Origin: Candidatus Hadarchaeota archaeon
GTDB taxonomy: Archaea > CAYQAE01 > CAYVLA01
Direction: 5' to 3'
Assembly (NCBI GenBank): GCA_964621445.1
Contig: CAZUNO010000002.1
Coordinates: 13,640 to 77,639, forward strand
DNA: 64,000 bases
Positions 29,317-37,157 of the stretch are shown here, piece by piece. Within the stretch, counting starts at the first letter, position 1, and each line of letters starts with the position of its first letter. The translations under genes and the position numbers were made by a program. A model generated the notes under the pieces. That model had not been told where the DNA came from, did no database searches, and saw only the letters and a program-made list of their open reading frames with translations.

Positions 29317-30639
29317 TCAAGCCCCCTCTTGGCAGTCATTACCGAAAAATATCTCACTTGAATCAGCCTTTTCGGCAGTAATCCCACGCAGATGCCGGAA
29401 GTTTTTCCTCCTTGCGGCCTCTGCTCCATAGCTATATTTGGGAGGCTCCCGGGCCCGAGATTCCCTTTCACAGGATATATTGGGGGAGCAATAATCAAAT
29501 TCGTTATCCGATATCCAAATTTGTCTAGCCTCTGATTCAACTAAAATTCCTGTCTCATCGCCGCCAGCCATCCCGGAAATGGAGTTTTCCTGGATAGCGA
29601 TATCATGGGCGGGTCCACATATCTGGATCTGGCTATCCCCTGACTTGAAGGAATTTCCCTCGATTTGGCACCTTCTCACAAGACAGGCATGCATTTCAAC
29701 TGGTCTCTCCGTTTTTCGGAATATTATCCCTGGACCTCCGTTGCTTCCGATACTACAATTTTCGATCAGGTTATAGCAATCTCTGGTGCCAATGGATATG
29801 CCGGAGGAGAGATTACCTGTAAATTCACAATCCCGGACGGTGATATGATTGGCACGCACGCAGAAGAATAATCCATTTAAGTCATTATCTCTGGCCTTGC
29901 ATTTCTCGAATAGCATCCCTGTACTCCCTGCACCTGGGTGGTAACCATTTCCAGCATTTTTTTCCAGGAGACAGTCACTTACCCTAACCCTGCTACACAT
30001 CTGGAAACCAAATCCTTCCCCCTCAAATGCCCTTTCCTCGACTTTCTGAACTTCGATTTGATGGCTTCGGAGGAAATAGACCGCGGCACCTCTACATGGA
30101 CCTATCCCTGCTGGTTGTTCTTCCCTGTTTCCATCGATCACTAGATCGCTGACCTTGGCGTTTTCTATATCCAAACCATAGATGAGAGGGAATGCGGTCA
30201 CCAATACTGGATTGAATCTTTTCTGATAGTCAGCATGCAGACCAGTGTCAATACCTATCCAATTATCATCAACCCACGTAATGCGGCCGAAGGTCTCGTA
30301 AAAGCCCCGATGTTCATCGTCCCCTATAGTCACCGTCATACCAGGCTCAAGGCCTTTGGCATCGATTAGAGGAACATCAAGCATTCCATAATTATGATAC
30401 CCGGAGAGGGGATATATGGATCCTGGTGATTTCCTTAGAACCGTCTTTTTACCCTGACCCTGCAGAGTGGTGTTGGAACGCAATTCTATTCCCCTGTCGA
30501 TTTCAAGATCCATCTCCGGCAAGATAACACGGCCTCCGGCCGGAGATATGCCATCGATTTCCTTTTGAATATCGGTTGCGGAGGTTACGTCCGATTTCCT
30601 TAACCTGACGGAATGCATTGGGTTACCCTCACACCTCAT
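29317..30639 (-). CDS. Right-handed parallel beta-helix (pectin-lyase-fold) repeat protein
   Basis: Successive ~22-aa coils: NAGNGYHPGAGSTGMLFEKCKARDNDLNGLFFCVRANHITVRDCEFTGNLSSGISIGTRDCYNLIENCSIGSNGGPGIIF... Confidence 0.75.
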   Translation of the reverse strand: MRCEGNPMHSVRLRKSDVTSATDIQKEIDGISPAGGRVILPEMDLEIDRGIELRSNTTLQGQGKKTVLRKSPGSIYPLSGYHNYGMLDVPLIDAKGLEPGMTVTIGDDEHRGFYETFGRITWVDDNWIGIDTGLHADYQKRFNPVLVTAFPLIYGLDIENAKVSDLVIDGNREEQPAGIGPCRGAAVYFLRSHQIEVQKVEERAFEGEGFGFQMCSRVRVSDCLLEKNAGNGYHPGAGSTGMLFEKCKARDNDLNGLFFCVRANHITVRDCEFTGNLSSGISIGTRDCYNLIENCSIGSNGGPGIIFRKTERPVEMHACLVRRCQIEGNSFKSGDSQIQICGPAHDIAIQENSISGMAGGDETGILVESEARQIWISDNEFDYCSPNISCERESRAREPPKYSYGAEAARRKNFRHLRGITAEKADSSEIFFGNDCQEGA

Positions 30640-30750
30640 CCCCCTTCCAACAAAAAGGTGTATTCGACAATACGTCTCCTCTCCGATATTCAGAGGCAGA
30701 TGGAATAGCGGTCAAACAAGGCAAACACTATATAGACTGGCATTACCGAA

Positions 30751-32652
30751 TTGAGATCGATGGATATGATATTTCTCATTGAGGCCGGAATCCATTTTGC
30801 ATCTGCCTCGTCTATTTTGTGGCTGCTTCCGTTCATTGTCCTCGCCCTTCATGATGCTTCCGCTGGTGTTCCATGGAACTCGATAAGTAAATGGAAAATA
30901 AGATTGACCGGAAATCCAACAGCTAGCGAGCAGTATGCTGCCATTGAGCTACAGCGCTTTCTGAATGAAGCAGGCCAGGTAAAGCTCCAAATACAAAATG
31001 AGCTCTCGGAGAAGGGCCCTGCCATATTCATAGGGCCTGATGCCGTATCCATGGCTGAAGATATGGAGTTCAATATGGAGGATTTGGGCCCTGAGGATTT
31101 TCAGATCTCGGTTGATGAGACCGGGATCTTCATTGCTGGGGGCAGGCCCCGTGGCACGCTATATGGAGTATATGCCTTTCTTGAGGATGCGCTTGGAATC
31201 CGTTTTCTTACCCCGGACCACACCTTTATTCCCCATATGGATAATCAAAAAGCGATTCCCCATATGGATAAAAAGTTCTCACCGCCTTTCTCCTTCCGAT
31301 GGAGCAGATTTGGCGAAATCCTGGAAGACCACCTCTTCGCTACCAGAATGCGCACCAATACCGTTCAGGAAGAGGAAAAGCTTGGAGGCAAAACCCCGGT
31401 AAAACTGATTAACCACACATTTGGACAACTAATGCCCTGGTCTGAATACGGGGACGAGCATCCCGAATATTACAACGAAATTGATGGTAAGCGGCCTAAA
31501 AATATCTGGCATGATCAATATGACCCGGGAGTCCAGCTCTGCACCACGAATCCTGATGTCATCCGTATTGTCACGGAAAAGGTATTGCGGAAATTGGAAG
31601 AAACCCCTGACCTGGCCAACATCTCAGTTTCCCAAAATGACAACGGCCAATACTGTCAATGTGACCGATGTCGGGCCATAGATGAGAGAGAGGGATCCCA
31701 TATGGGGTCCCTTCTGACCTTAGTGAATGTCGTTGCCGACGAGGTGGCAAAACGATATCCCGGTGTAATGGTGGGCACCCTGGCATATGCCTACTCAAGA
31801 AAGCCGCCCAAGAATATCAAGCCCAGACCCAACGTCCAAATCCAGCTCTGCAGTATAGAATGCTGCCAAACCCATGCAATTGATGACCCGGACTGCCCCA
31901 AGAATCCTCCATTTTGCAAAGACCTAAAGAACTGGGGAAAGATCTGCGATAACGTATATGTCTGGGACTACGTGACCAACTTCCACAACTACCTTCTCCC
32001 CTGTCCAAATCTTCGTACATTGGGTAACAACGTGAGGTTCTTCCACCAGAACGGGGTTAGAGGATTGCACATGCAAGGGCCGGGGCCGGGAGCAGAGATG
32101 GGCGGACTTCGTAATTATATAATTAGCAATTTGATATGGGACCCATCTAAAGATGACGGAGTTCTTATGGATGAGTTCCTAAGGCTCCATTACGGCAAGG
32201 CCGCTGGTTTGGTAATGGATTATATTGATCTCATACACGACGCAGCGGAGGAGAACACCCAGCACCGTAACTGTTTCGGATCCGCATCAGAACATGGTTT
32301 GAACGCTGATCTGGGATGGAAAGGCCTGACTATTTTCCGGAAAGCGATTGATGAGGCGGATTCAAGGGCTATCCAGGAAAGGCTGGAAAAGGCGTCCATT
32401 GGCTGTCACGCACTTATCGTGGAAAGCGTAGTGAGTCAGGCTTTCCAGAAGATACGAAGTCGAAAGAAAAATAGGGACAAAACGCCTTTTGTTCTTGATG
32501 TTCAAGCCAGGAAGATCCGTCCCTATTTGGGGCCGTTTTTCGATCTTTGTCGAAAGCACGATATACCAAAGATGGGTGAATGGGCGACTTTGGACGAAGT
32601 TGAAGAGGTTGTCAGGGAGGGGTATAAAATGGAAGAGGGAGAATCATTCTAG
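30751..32652 (+). CDS. DUF4838 domain protein (GH20/GH67-like glycan-active family) with an N-terminal TM/signal segment
   Basis: GTLYGVYAFLEDALGIRFLTPD and CQCDRCRAIDEREGS are hallmark DUF4838 segments. The start could be the ATG at 30760. It contains an in-frame 27-nt tandem duplication (IPHMDNQKA/IPHMDKK). Confidence 0.75.
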   Translation: MRSMDMIFLIEAGIHFASASSILWLLPFIVLALHDASAGVPWNSISKWKIRLTGNPTASEQYAAIELQRFLNEAGQVKLQIQNELSEKGPAIFIGPDAVSMAEDMEFNMEDLGPEDFQISVDETGIFIAGGRPRGTLYGVYAFLEDALGIRFLTPDHTFIPHMDNQKAIPHMDKKFSPPFSFRWSRFGEILEDHLFATRMRTNTVQEEEKLGGKTPVKLINHTFGQLMPWSEYGDEHPEYYNEIDGKRPKNIWHDQYDPGVQLCTTNPDVIRIVTEKVLRKLEETPDLANISVSQNDNGQYCQCDRCRAIDEREGSHMGSLLTLVNVVADEVAKRYPGVMVGTLAYAYSRKPPKNIKPRPNVQIQLCSIECCQTHAIDDPDCPKNPPFCKDLKNWGKICDNVYVWDYVTNFHNYLLPCPNLRTLGNNVRFFHQNGVRGLHMQGPGPGAEMGGLRNYIISNLIWDPSKDDGVLMDEFLRLHYGKAAGLVMDYIDLIHDAAEENTQHRNCFGSASEHGLNADLGWKGLTIFRKAIDEADSRAIQERLEKASIGCHALIVESVVSQAFQKIRSRKKNRDKTPFVLDVQARKIRPYLGPFFDLCRKHDIPKMGEWATLDEVEEVVREGYKMEEGESF

Positions 32653-32755
32653 ATACCGGGCTTACTTATCAGGCAAAAAATTGATCCTGCCAATTTATAG
32701 CACTAAAGTCCCCTCCACCTAGGTAGTTTTATGGAGTTCCGTGAAGTACATACCG

Positions 32756-33490
32756 ATGTTAAGAGAAATCAGGCCTCTGCTCGGTTTCAGCGTTGAGGCC
32801 ATGGATGGAGATATCGGGAGTGTAAGAGATTTTCTTTTCCAAGCTAATAATTGGGAGGTGAGATACCTCGTTGTTGATACGGGGAATTTCCTCTCCGGCC
32901 GCAATGTACTCATAATTCCCGAGGCCCTTGGAAAGCCCCAGGAGGATTCAGAGGTGTTCCCGGTCCAATTGACCAGGGAACAGATAGAGAACAGCCCCGA
33001 TATGGATTGGGCAGAACCCGTATCCAAAGAGATGGAGGAGAATTTACGGCTCTATTTTGGCTTAAGGTTCTATTCAATCCCCCGGCAGGCCGAAGTCGCA
33101 TTATTTCCAAAATCAATATCCGAGCAGGAAGAGGCACAGGAGAAACCGGATAGTGATGAATCTAACATTCGGAGTCTGGACGAGGTGGAGGAATATTCCA
33201 TACATGCCACCGATGGTAAAGTGGGCCATGTTGATGATTTCCTCGTGGATGATGATGCGTGGATGATCCGATATATGACCGTTGAAACGGGTAATTGGTT
33301 ATCGGGTAAGACGGTGCTGATCTCCCCTAAATGGATAGATGGGGTAAGTTGGGTGAGGCGAGAGATCGATGTGGAACTTTCCCGTGAGGCGATTGAAAAC
33401 AGTCCAGAATATGACCCGTCAAGCCCGGTGGATAGGGAATACGAAGCCAGGCTCCACGAGCATTATGGAGTTCCAAAATATTGGTCCTAG
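32756..33490 (+). CDS. Tandem PRC-barrel domain protein
   Basis: There are two PRC-barrel modules: (GFSVEAMDGDIGSVRDFLFQANNWEVRYLVVDTGNFLSGRNVLIP) and (HATDGKVGHVDDFLVDDDAWMIRYMTVETGNWLSGKTVLISP). The start was chosen by homology to the MLQKIKDL start of the paralogue. Confidence 0.8.
   Translation: MLREIRPLLGFSVEAMDGDIGSVRDFLFQANNWEVRYLVVDTGNFLSGRNVLIIPEALGKPQEDSEVFPVQLTREQIENSPDMDWAEPVSKEMEENLRLYFGLRFYSIPRQAEVALFPKSISEQEEAQEKPDSDESNIRSLDEVEEYSIHATDGKVGHVDDFLVDDDAWMIRYMTVETGNWLSGKTVLISPKWIDGVSWVRREIDVELSREAIENSPEYDPSSPVDREYEARLHEHYGVPKYWS
32978..33042 (+). repeat. 65-nt tract identical to 33860..33924 (copy 1)
   Basis: gaacagatagagaacagccccgatatggattgggcagaacccgtatccaaagagatggaggagaa is present identically in both PRC-barrel paralogues, whereas the flanks are diverged. 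Confidence 0.95.
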
Positions 33491-33637
33491 CCTCCAAGAA
33501 TAGCGGAATGATTTACTGGAACTTCCGCATTGAATCCAGCAAATACATATTTGCCCTGCTCCTTTGGCCCGACAGGTCACTACATTCCCTTGGCTTCTCC
33601 GGATCCATTTTAAGAATAATCCAACATTTAGCAACTG

Positions 33638-34377
33638 ATGTTACAAAAAATCAAAGACCTACGTCGATTTACGATTGAGGCAAAGGATGGTGAAATAGGG
33701 AGCATTCACGACTTCCTTTTTCAAGAGAATAACTGGTCCGTAAGATATGTGGTTGTGGATCCTAGAAAATACTTGCCGGGAAGAAAGGTTCTAATTATAC
33801 CGGAGGCCCTGGGAAAGCCCGGTGTCAACCTTGAGGTCTTTCCGGTCATGTTGACCAATGAACAGATAGAGAACAGCCCCGATATGGATTGGGCAGAACC
33901 CGTATCCAAAGAGATGGAGGAGAAGCTTCATACTTTTTTCGGTTGGCCGCCGTACTGGATTCCTGAGGAATCAGGAACCGCCGTTTTCCCCAAATCGGAT
34001 TCCGGTGATAAGAAGAGAGAGGTTAGGGAGAAACCCGGAGAAGGAGAATCGAATCTCAGAAGCCTAAACGAAGTCGGTGATTACTCGTTCAACGCGATAG
34101 ATGGAGATATAGGGGAAGTGAGCGACTTCGTGGTGGATGATGATGACTGGAAAATACGTTATATGGTGGTCGACACCAGTGAATGGCTTCCGGGAGGGAG
34201 GTTATTATCTCGCCGGACTGGATCGATAGCATCAATTGGGCCGATAACAAGGTAGATGTCGATCTAAGCCGTGAAGCGGTGAAGCAAAGCCCAGAATTTG
34301 ACCCTGAAAAGCCCATAGGCAGAGAATATGAGGTTAAGCTCTACGAGCACTACAGAGAGCCCAAGTACTGGGTCTAG
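33638..34377 (+). pseudogene. Tandem PRC-barrel domain protein paralogue interrupted by a 1-nt frameshift near 34191-34196
   Basis: ORF 33638..34255 and ORF 34183..34377 together reproduce the full architecture of the 32756..33490 product. Frame 1 ends ...DTSEWLPGG then reads nonsense. The shifted frame reads REVIISPDWIDSINW...YREPKYWV, colinear with KTVLISPKWIDGVSW...YGVPKYWS. Confidence 0.7.
33860..33924 (+). repeat. 65-nt tract identical to 32978..33042 (copy 2)
   Basis: Direct comparison of the two sequence stretches. Confidence 0.95.
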
Positions 34378-34442
34378 ACCCGGGGATCAAAAAAAGTAAT
34401 GGCGGGAATCCAGTTATCAGCCCAGGCCAGGATGGTAAATCA

Positions 34443-35417
34443 ATGGCCTATTCGAACCTACATATCGAACATATCCAGAAGGTCTTCGATGACGGAAACC
34501 ACAACGCCTTTACCGACCTCTGTAATTTCAAGGGTGACTACTACCTGACCTTCCGCAGTTGCCCGGATGGACACGGCGTTAACTCGACCTCAAGGATAAT
34601 CATAATGTCCAGCAAAGAGGGTGAATCATGGAAGGAATCGTGCAGTTTCAAGGTCAACGATCGCGATACACGTGATCCCCACTTCCTTTCCTTCAGGGAC
34701 CATCTTTTCGTGTATACCGGTTGCTGGCAGGAACCCAAACCGGATGGTCAGCCCGATCTAAACGATCAGCTAGGGTTTGCCGTCCATACCTCCGACGGCC
34801 GTATATGGAAGGGCCCGACCCTGCTGGAAGGAACCTACGGGCACTACATCTGGCGCGCGGCCAAATTTCATGGTAAGGCCTATCTTTGTGCCAGGAGAAA
34901 GAAAAAATTCGCGCCCTCTTTCCGTAGGGGAGAATCGCCGGAGGAAGTCCAGGCCACCTATCTTGAAAGTAATAATGGACTGGTTTGGTCCTTTGGTGGC
35001 TATTTCGCCAAAACTATGGGTAACGAGACCGCCTTCCTTTTCGAGGAGGATGGATCCATGCTGGCCCTGGTTCGGGGCAGAGGAGATTTCCCGGCACGTA
35101 TCTGCCGTTCGAATCCCCCTTATACCGAATGGACCAGGAAGGAACTTGAACAGAACGTCGGTGGCCCACTACTTGTCAGATGGGGCAATGAATATCTGGT
35201 CGGCGGGCGAAACACCACCGAACCAGGGAACCCAAAAACCACTCTTTATTGGCTGGTGGGAGAACACCTGGAGGAAGCCTTGGAACTCCCAAGCGCTGGA
35301 GACAACTCATATCCTGGATTTGTCTCCCTGGGCAAAGATAGCGCATTAATATCCTATTACTCGGCCCACGAGAACCGACAACCCTCAATTTATCTTGCCA
35401 AGGTTGTGAGGGGATAG
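34443..35417 (+). CDS. BNR/Asp-box sialidase-like beta-propeller protein
   Basis: HNAFTDLCNFKGDYYLTFRSCPDGH..., Asp-box-like SSKEGESW and TSDGRIW, and repeated propeller-like strands. There is no signal peptide. Confidence 0.55.
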   Translation: MAYSNLHIEHIQKVFDDGNHNAFTDLCNFKGDYYLTFRSCPDGHGVNSTSRIIIMSSKEGESWKESCSFKVNDRDTRDPHFLSFRDHLFVYTGCWQEPKPDGQPDLNDQLGFAVHTSDGRIWKGPTLLEGTYGHYIWRAAKFHGKAYLCARRKKKFAPSFRRGESPEEVQATYLESNNGLVWSFGGYFAKTMGNETAFLFEEDGSMLALVRGRGDFPARICRSNPPYTEWTRKELEQNVGGPLLVRWGNEYLVGGRNTTEPGNPKTTLYWLVGEHLEEALELPSAGDNSYPGFVSLGKDSALISYYSAHENRQPSIYLAKVVRG

Positions 35418-35534
35418 GGAAAGTTTTCTTAGTTTGGTTATGGTTCCCTAATAGGACTAGATGGTTTACGTCTTCACCCAAAAATAACTGGGCGAAAACC
35501 CAGCTTGCAGGGATTCTAAGGAGGAACCAGCAGG

Positions 35535-37157
35535 ATGAGTAACGATAAAAAAACTAATTTTCTGTGGATATCATTTGAGGATACCAACCCCTTCTACGGT
35601 TGTTACGGTGACCACATCGCCCGCACTCCAAATCTTGATCGTCTTGCAGACGAGGGCTGCATATGGACCAACGCATTCTCCACCGCGGGCGTTTGTGCAC
35701 CCGCCCGCTCGGCCATAATAACCGGAATGTACCCCACCTCCATGGGCACTCATCACATGCGAACTACACATACCAACGAATTCGCTCCCGAATTACCCAC
35801 CCCATACTCAGCCGTAGTTCCCCATTACGTAACCTGTTTCACCGAGTACCTGCGTGCAGCCGGTTACTACTGCACAAATAACGTTAAAACCGATTACCAG
35901 TTCGATCCCCCCTTAACGGCCTGGGATGAATTGAGCAAAAACGGACACTGGCGTAATCGTCCAGATACCGAGCAACCTTTTTTCTCGGTATTCAACCTGG
36001 GACGCACCCATGAAAGTGGCATGTGGCCAGAGAAATGCCCCGAAATAGCTTTTGACCCCGATAAAATGGAATTGCCACCATATTTCCCGGACACGCCTAA
36101 GGTCCGCAGGGCCATGGCCCGAATGTATACCAACATCGAGCAGAACGACCGGGTTCTCGGGGATCTACTAGAACAACTTGAGGAAGACGGTCTGGCCGAG
36201 AATACGATAGTGTTTCACTGGAGCGATCACGGACCTCTGCCACGAGGCAAACGCTGGCCCTATGATTCCGGTATCCGCATTCCAATGATAATCCGCTGGC
36301 CAGGTAGACTGGAACCCGGAAGCGTGAATGAGAATCTGGTTAGCACCATTGACCTCGGTCCCACTGTACTATCACTCGCCGAAATCGATATACCCTGGCA
36401 TATGCAGGGGAAAGCATTTCTGGGATCACAAACCGGACCTAGCCGGGACTACATCTTTGCCAGCCGCGACCGGTATGACGAGTCCTATGACATGGTACGG
36501 GCCGTCCGGGACAAGCGCTTCAAGTACATCCGGAACTACTATCCTAACAAACCATACCTGCTCTGGATACCATACAGGAACAGGCATCCCATAGTACAGG
36601 AAATGTGGCGTTTGCACCTTGAGGACAAGCTAGAAGGAGCACAACGCCTGATGTTTCGGTCCCGGCCAGTAGAGGAACTCTATGATACACGACAGGATCC
36701 TCATGAAATTCATAATCTGGCGGATAACCCTGAATACCAACCGGAACTCAGGAGACTTCGTGAAGCCCTGGATGCTTGGATAAATGAGGTAGGGGACATG
36801 GGAGAAATCCCGGAAGAGGAGATGATACGCCGTTGGTACCCGACTGGGGAAAAACCACGCACCGCGCCACCATTATTTATTCCTATCACTAAGGATAACC
36901 CAGGGAAGGACCCAGCCCCACGTGGGGGAGAATATCAAGGGCCTTTTCTCATTCAGATCTATTGTGCCACGCAGGGGGCCTCTATCGCCTATACATTTGA
37001 TCAGGATGATAACCCCCATTGGCTGCTCTATACAAAACCAATTCGATTACCAGAGGGCGAGAACAGGCTGAGAGCTAAAGCAATTCGAATTGGGTACACA
37101 GAAAGCACGGAAAGAGCGGCAACCTTTTCCGTATCTAACCACGGATTGCCAGCTTAA
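35535..37157 (+). CDS. Sulfatase (Cys-type) with a C-terminal chitobiase/hexosaminidase-C-like beta-sandwich
   Basis: NFLWISFEDTNP, the C-x-P-x-R motif in AGVCAPARSAIITGMYP, WSDHGPLPRGKRW, ELYDTRQDPHEIHNL. The tail FLIQIYCATQGASIAYTFD...YTKPIRL resembles the CHB_HEX_C_1 domain. There is no signal peptide. Confidence 0.9.
   Translation: MSNDKKTNFLWISFEDTNPFYGCYGDHIARTPNLDRLADEGCIWTNAFSTAGVCAPARSAIITGMYPTSMGTHHMRTTHTNEFAPELPTPYSAVVPHYVTCFTEYLRAAGYYCTNNVKTDYQFDPPLTAWDELSKNGHWRNRPDTEQPFFSVFNLGRTHESGMWPEKCPEIAFDPDKMELPPYFPDTPKVRRAMARMYTNIEQNDRVLGDLLEQLEEDGLAENTIVFHWSDHGPLPRGKRWPYDSGIRIPMIIRWPGRLEPGSVNENLVSTIDLGPTVLSLAEIDIPWHMQGKAFLGSQTGPSRDYIFASRDRYDESYDMVRAVRDKRFKYIRNYYPNKPYLLWIPYRNRHPIVQEMWRLHLEDKLEGAQRLMFRSRPVEELYDTRQDPHEIHNLADNPEYQPELRRLREALDAWINEVGDMGEIPEEEMIRRWYPTGEKPRTAPPLFIPITKDNPGKDPAPRGGEYQGPFLIQIYCATQGASIAYTFDQDDNPHWLLYTKPIRLPEGENRLRAKAIRIGYTESTERAATFSVSNHGLPA

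Noticed and set aside
31228-31271. 27-nt in-frame tandem duplication (attccccatatggataa repeated at 31228-31244 and 31255-31271; IPHMDNQKA/IPHMDKK) inside the DUF4838 gene
   Set aside because: The duplication is real in the sequence. It is a trivial slippage duplication in a probable loop, and I see no evidence of functional significance.
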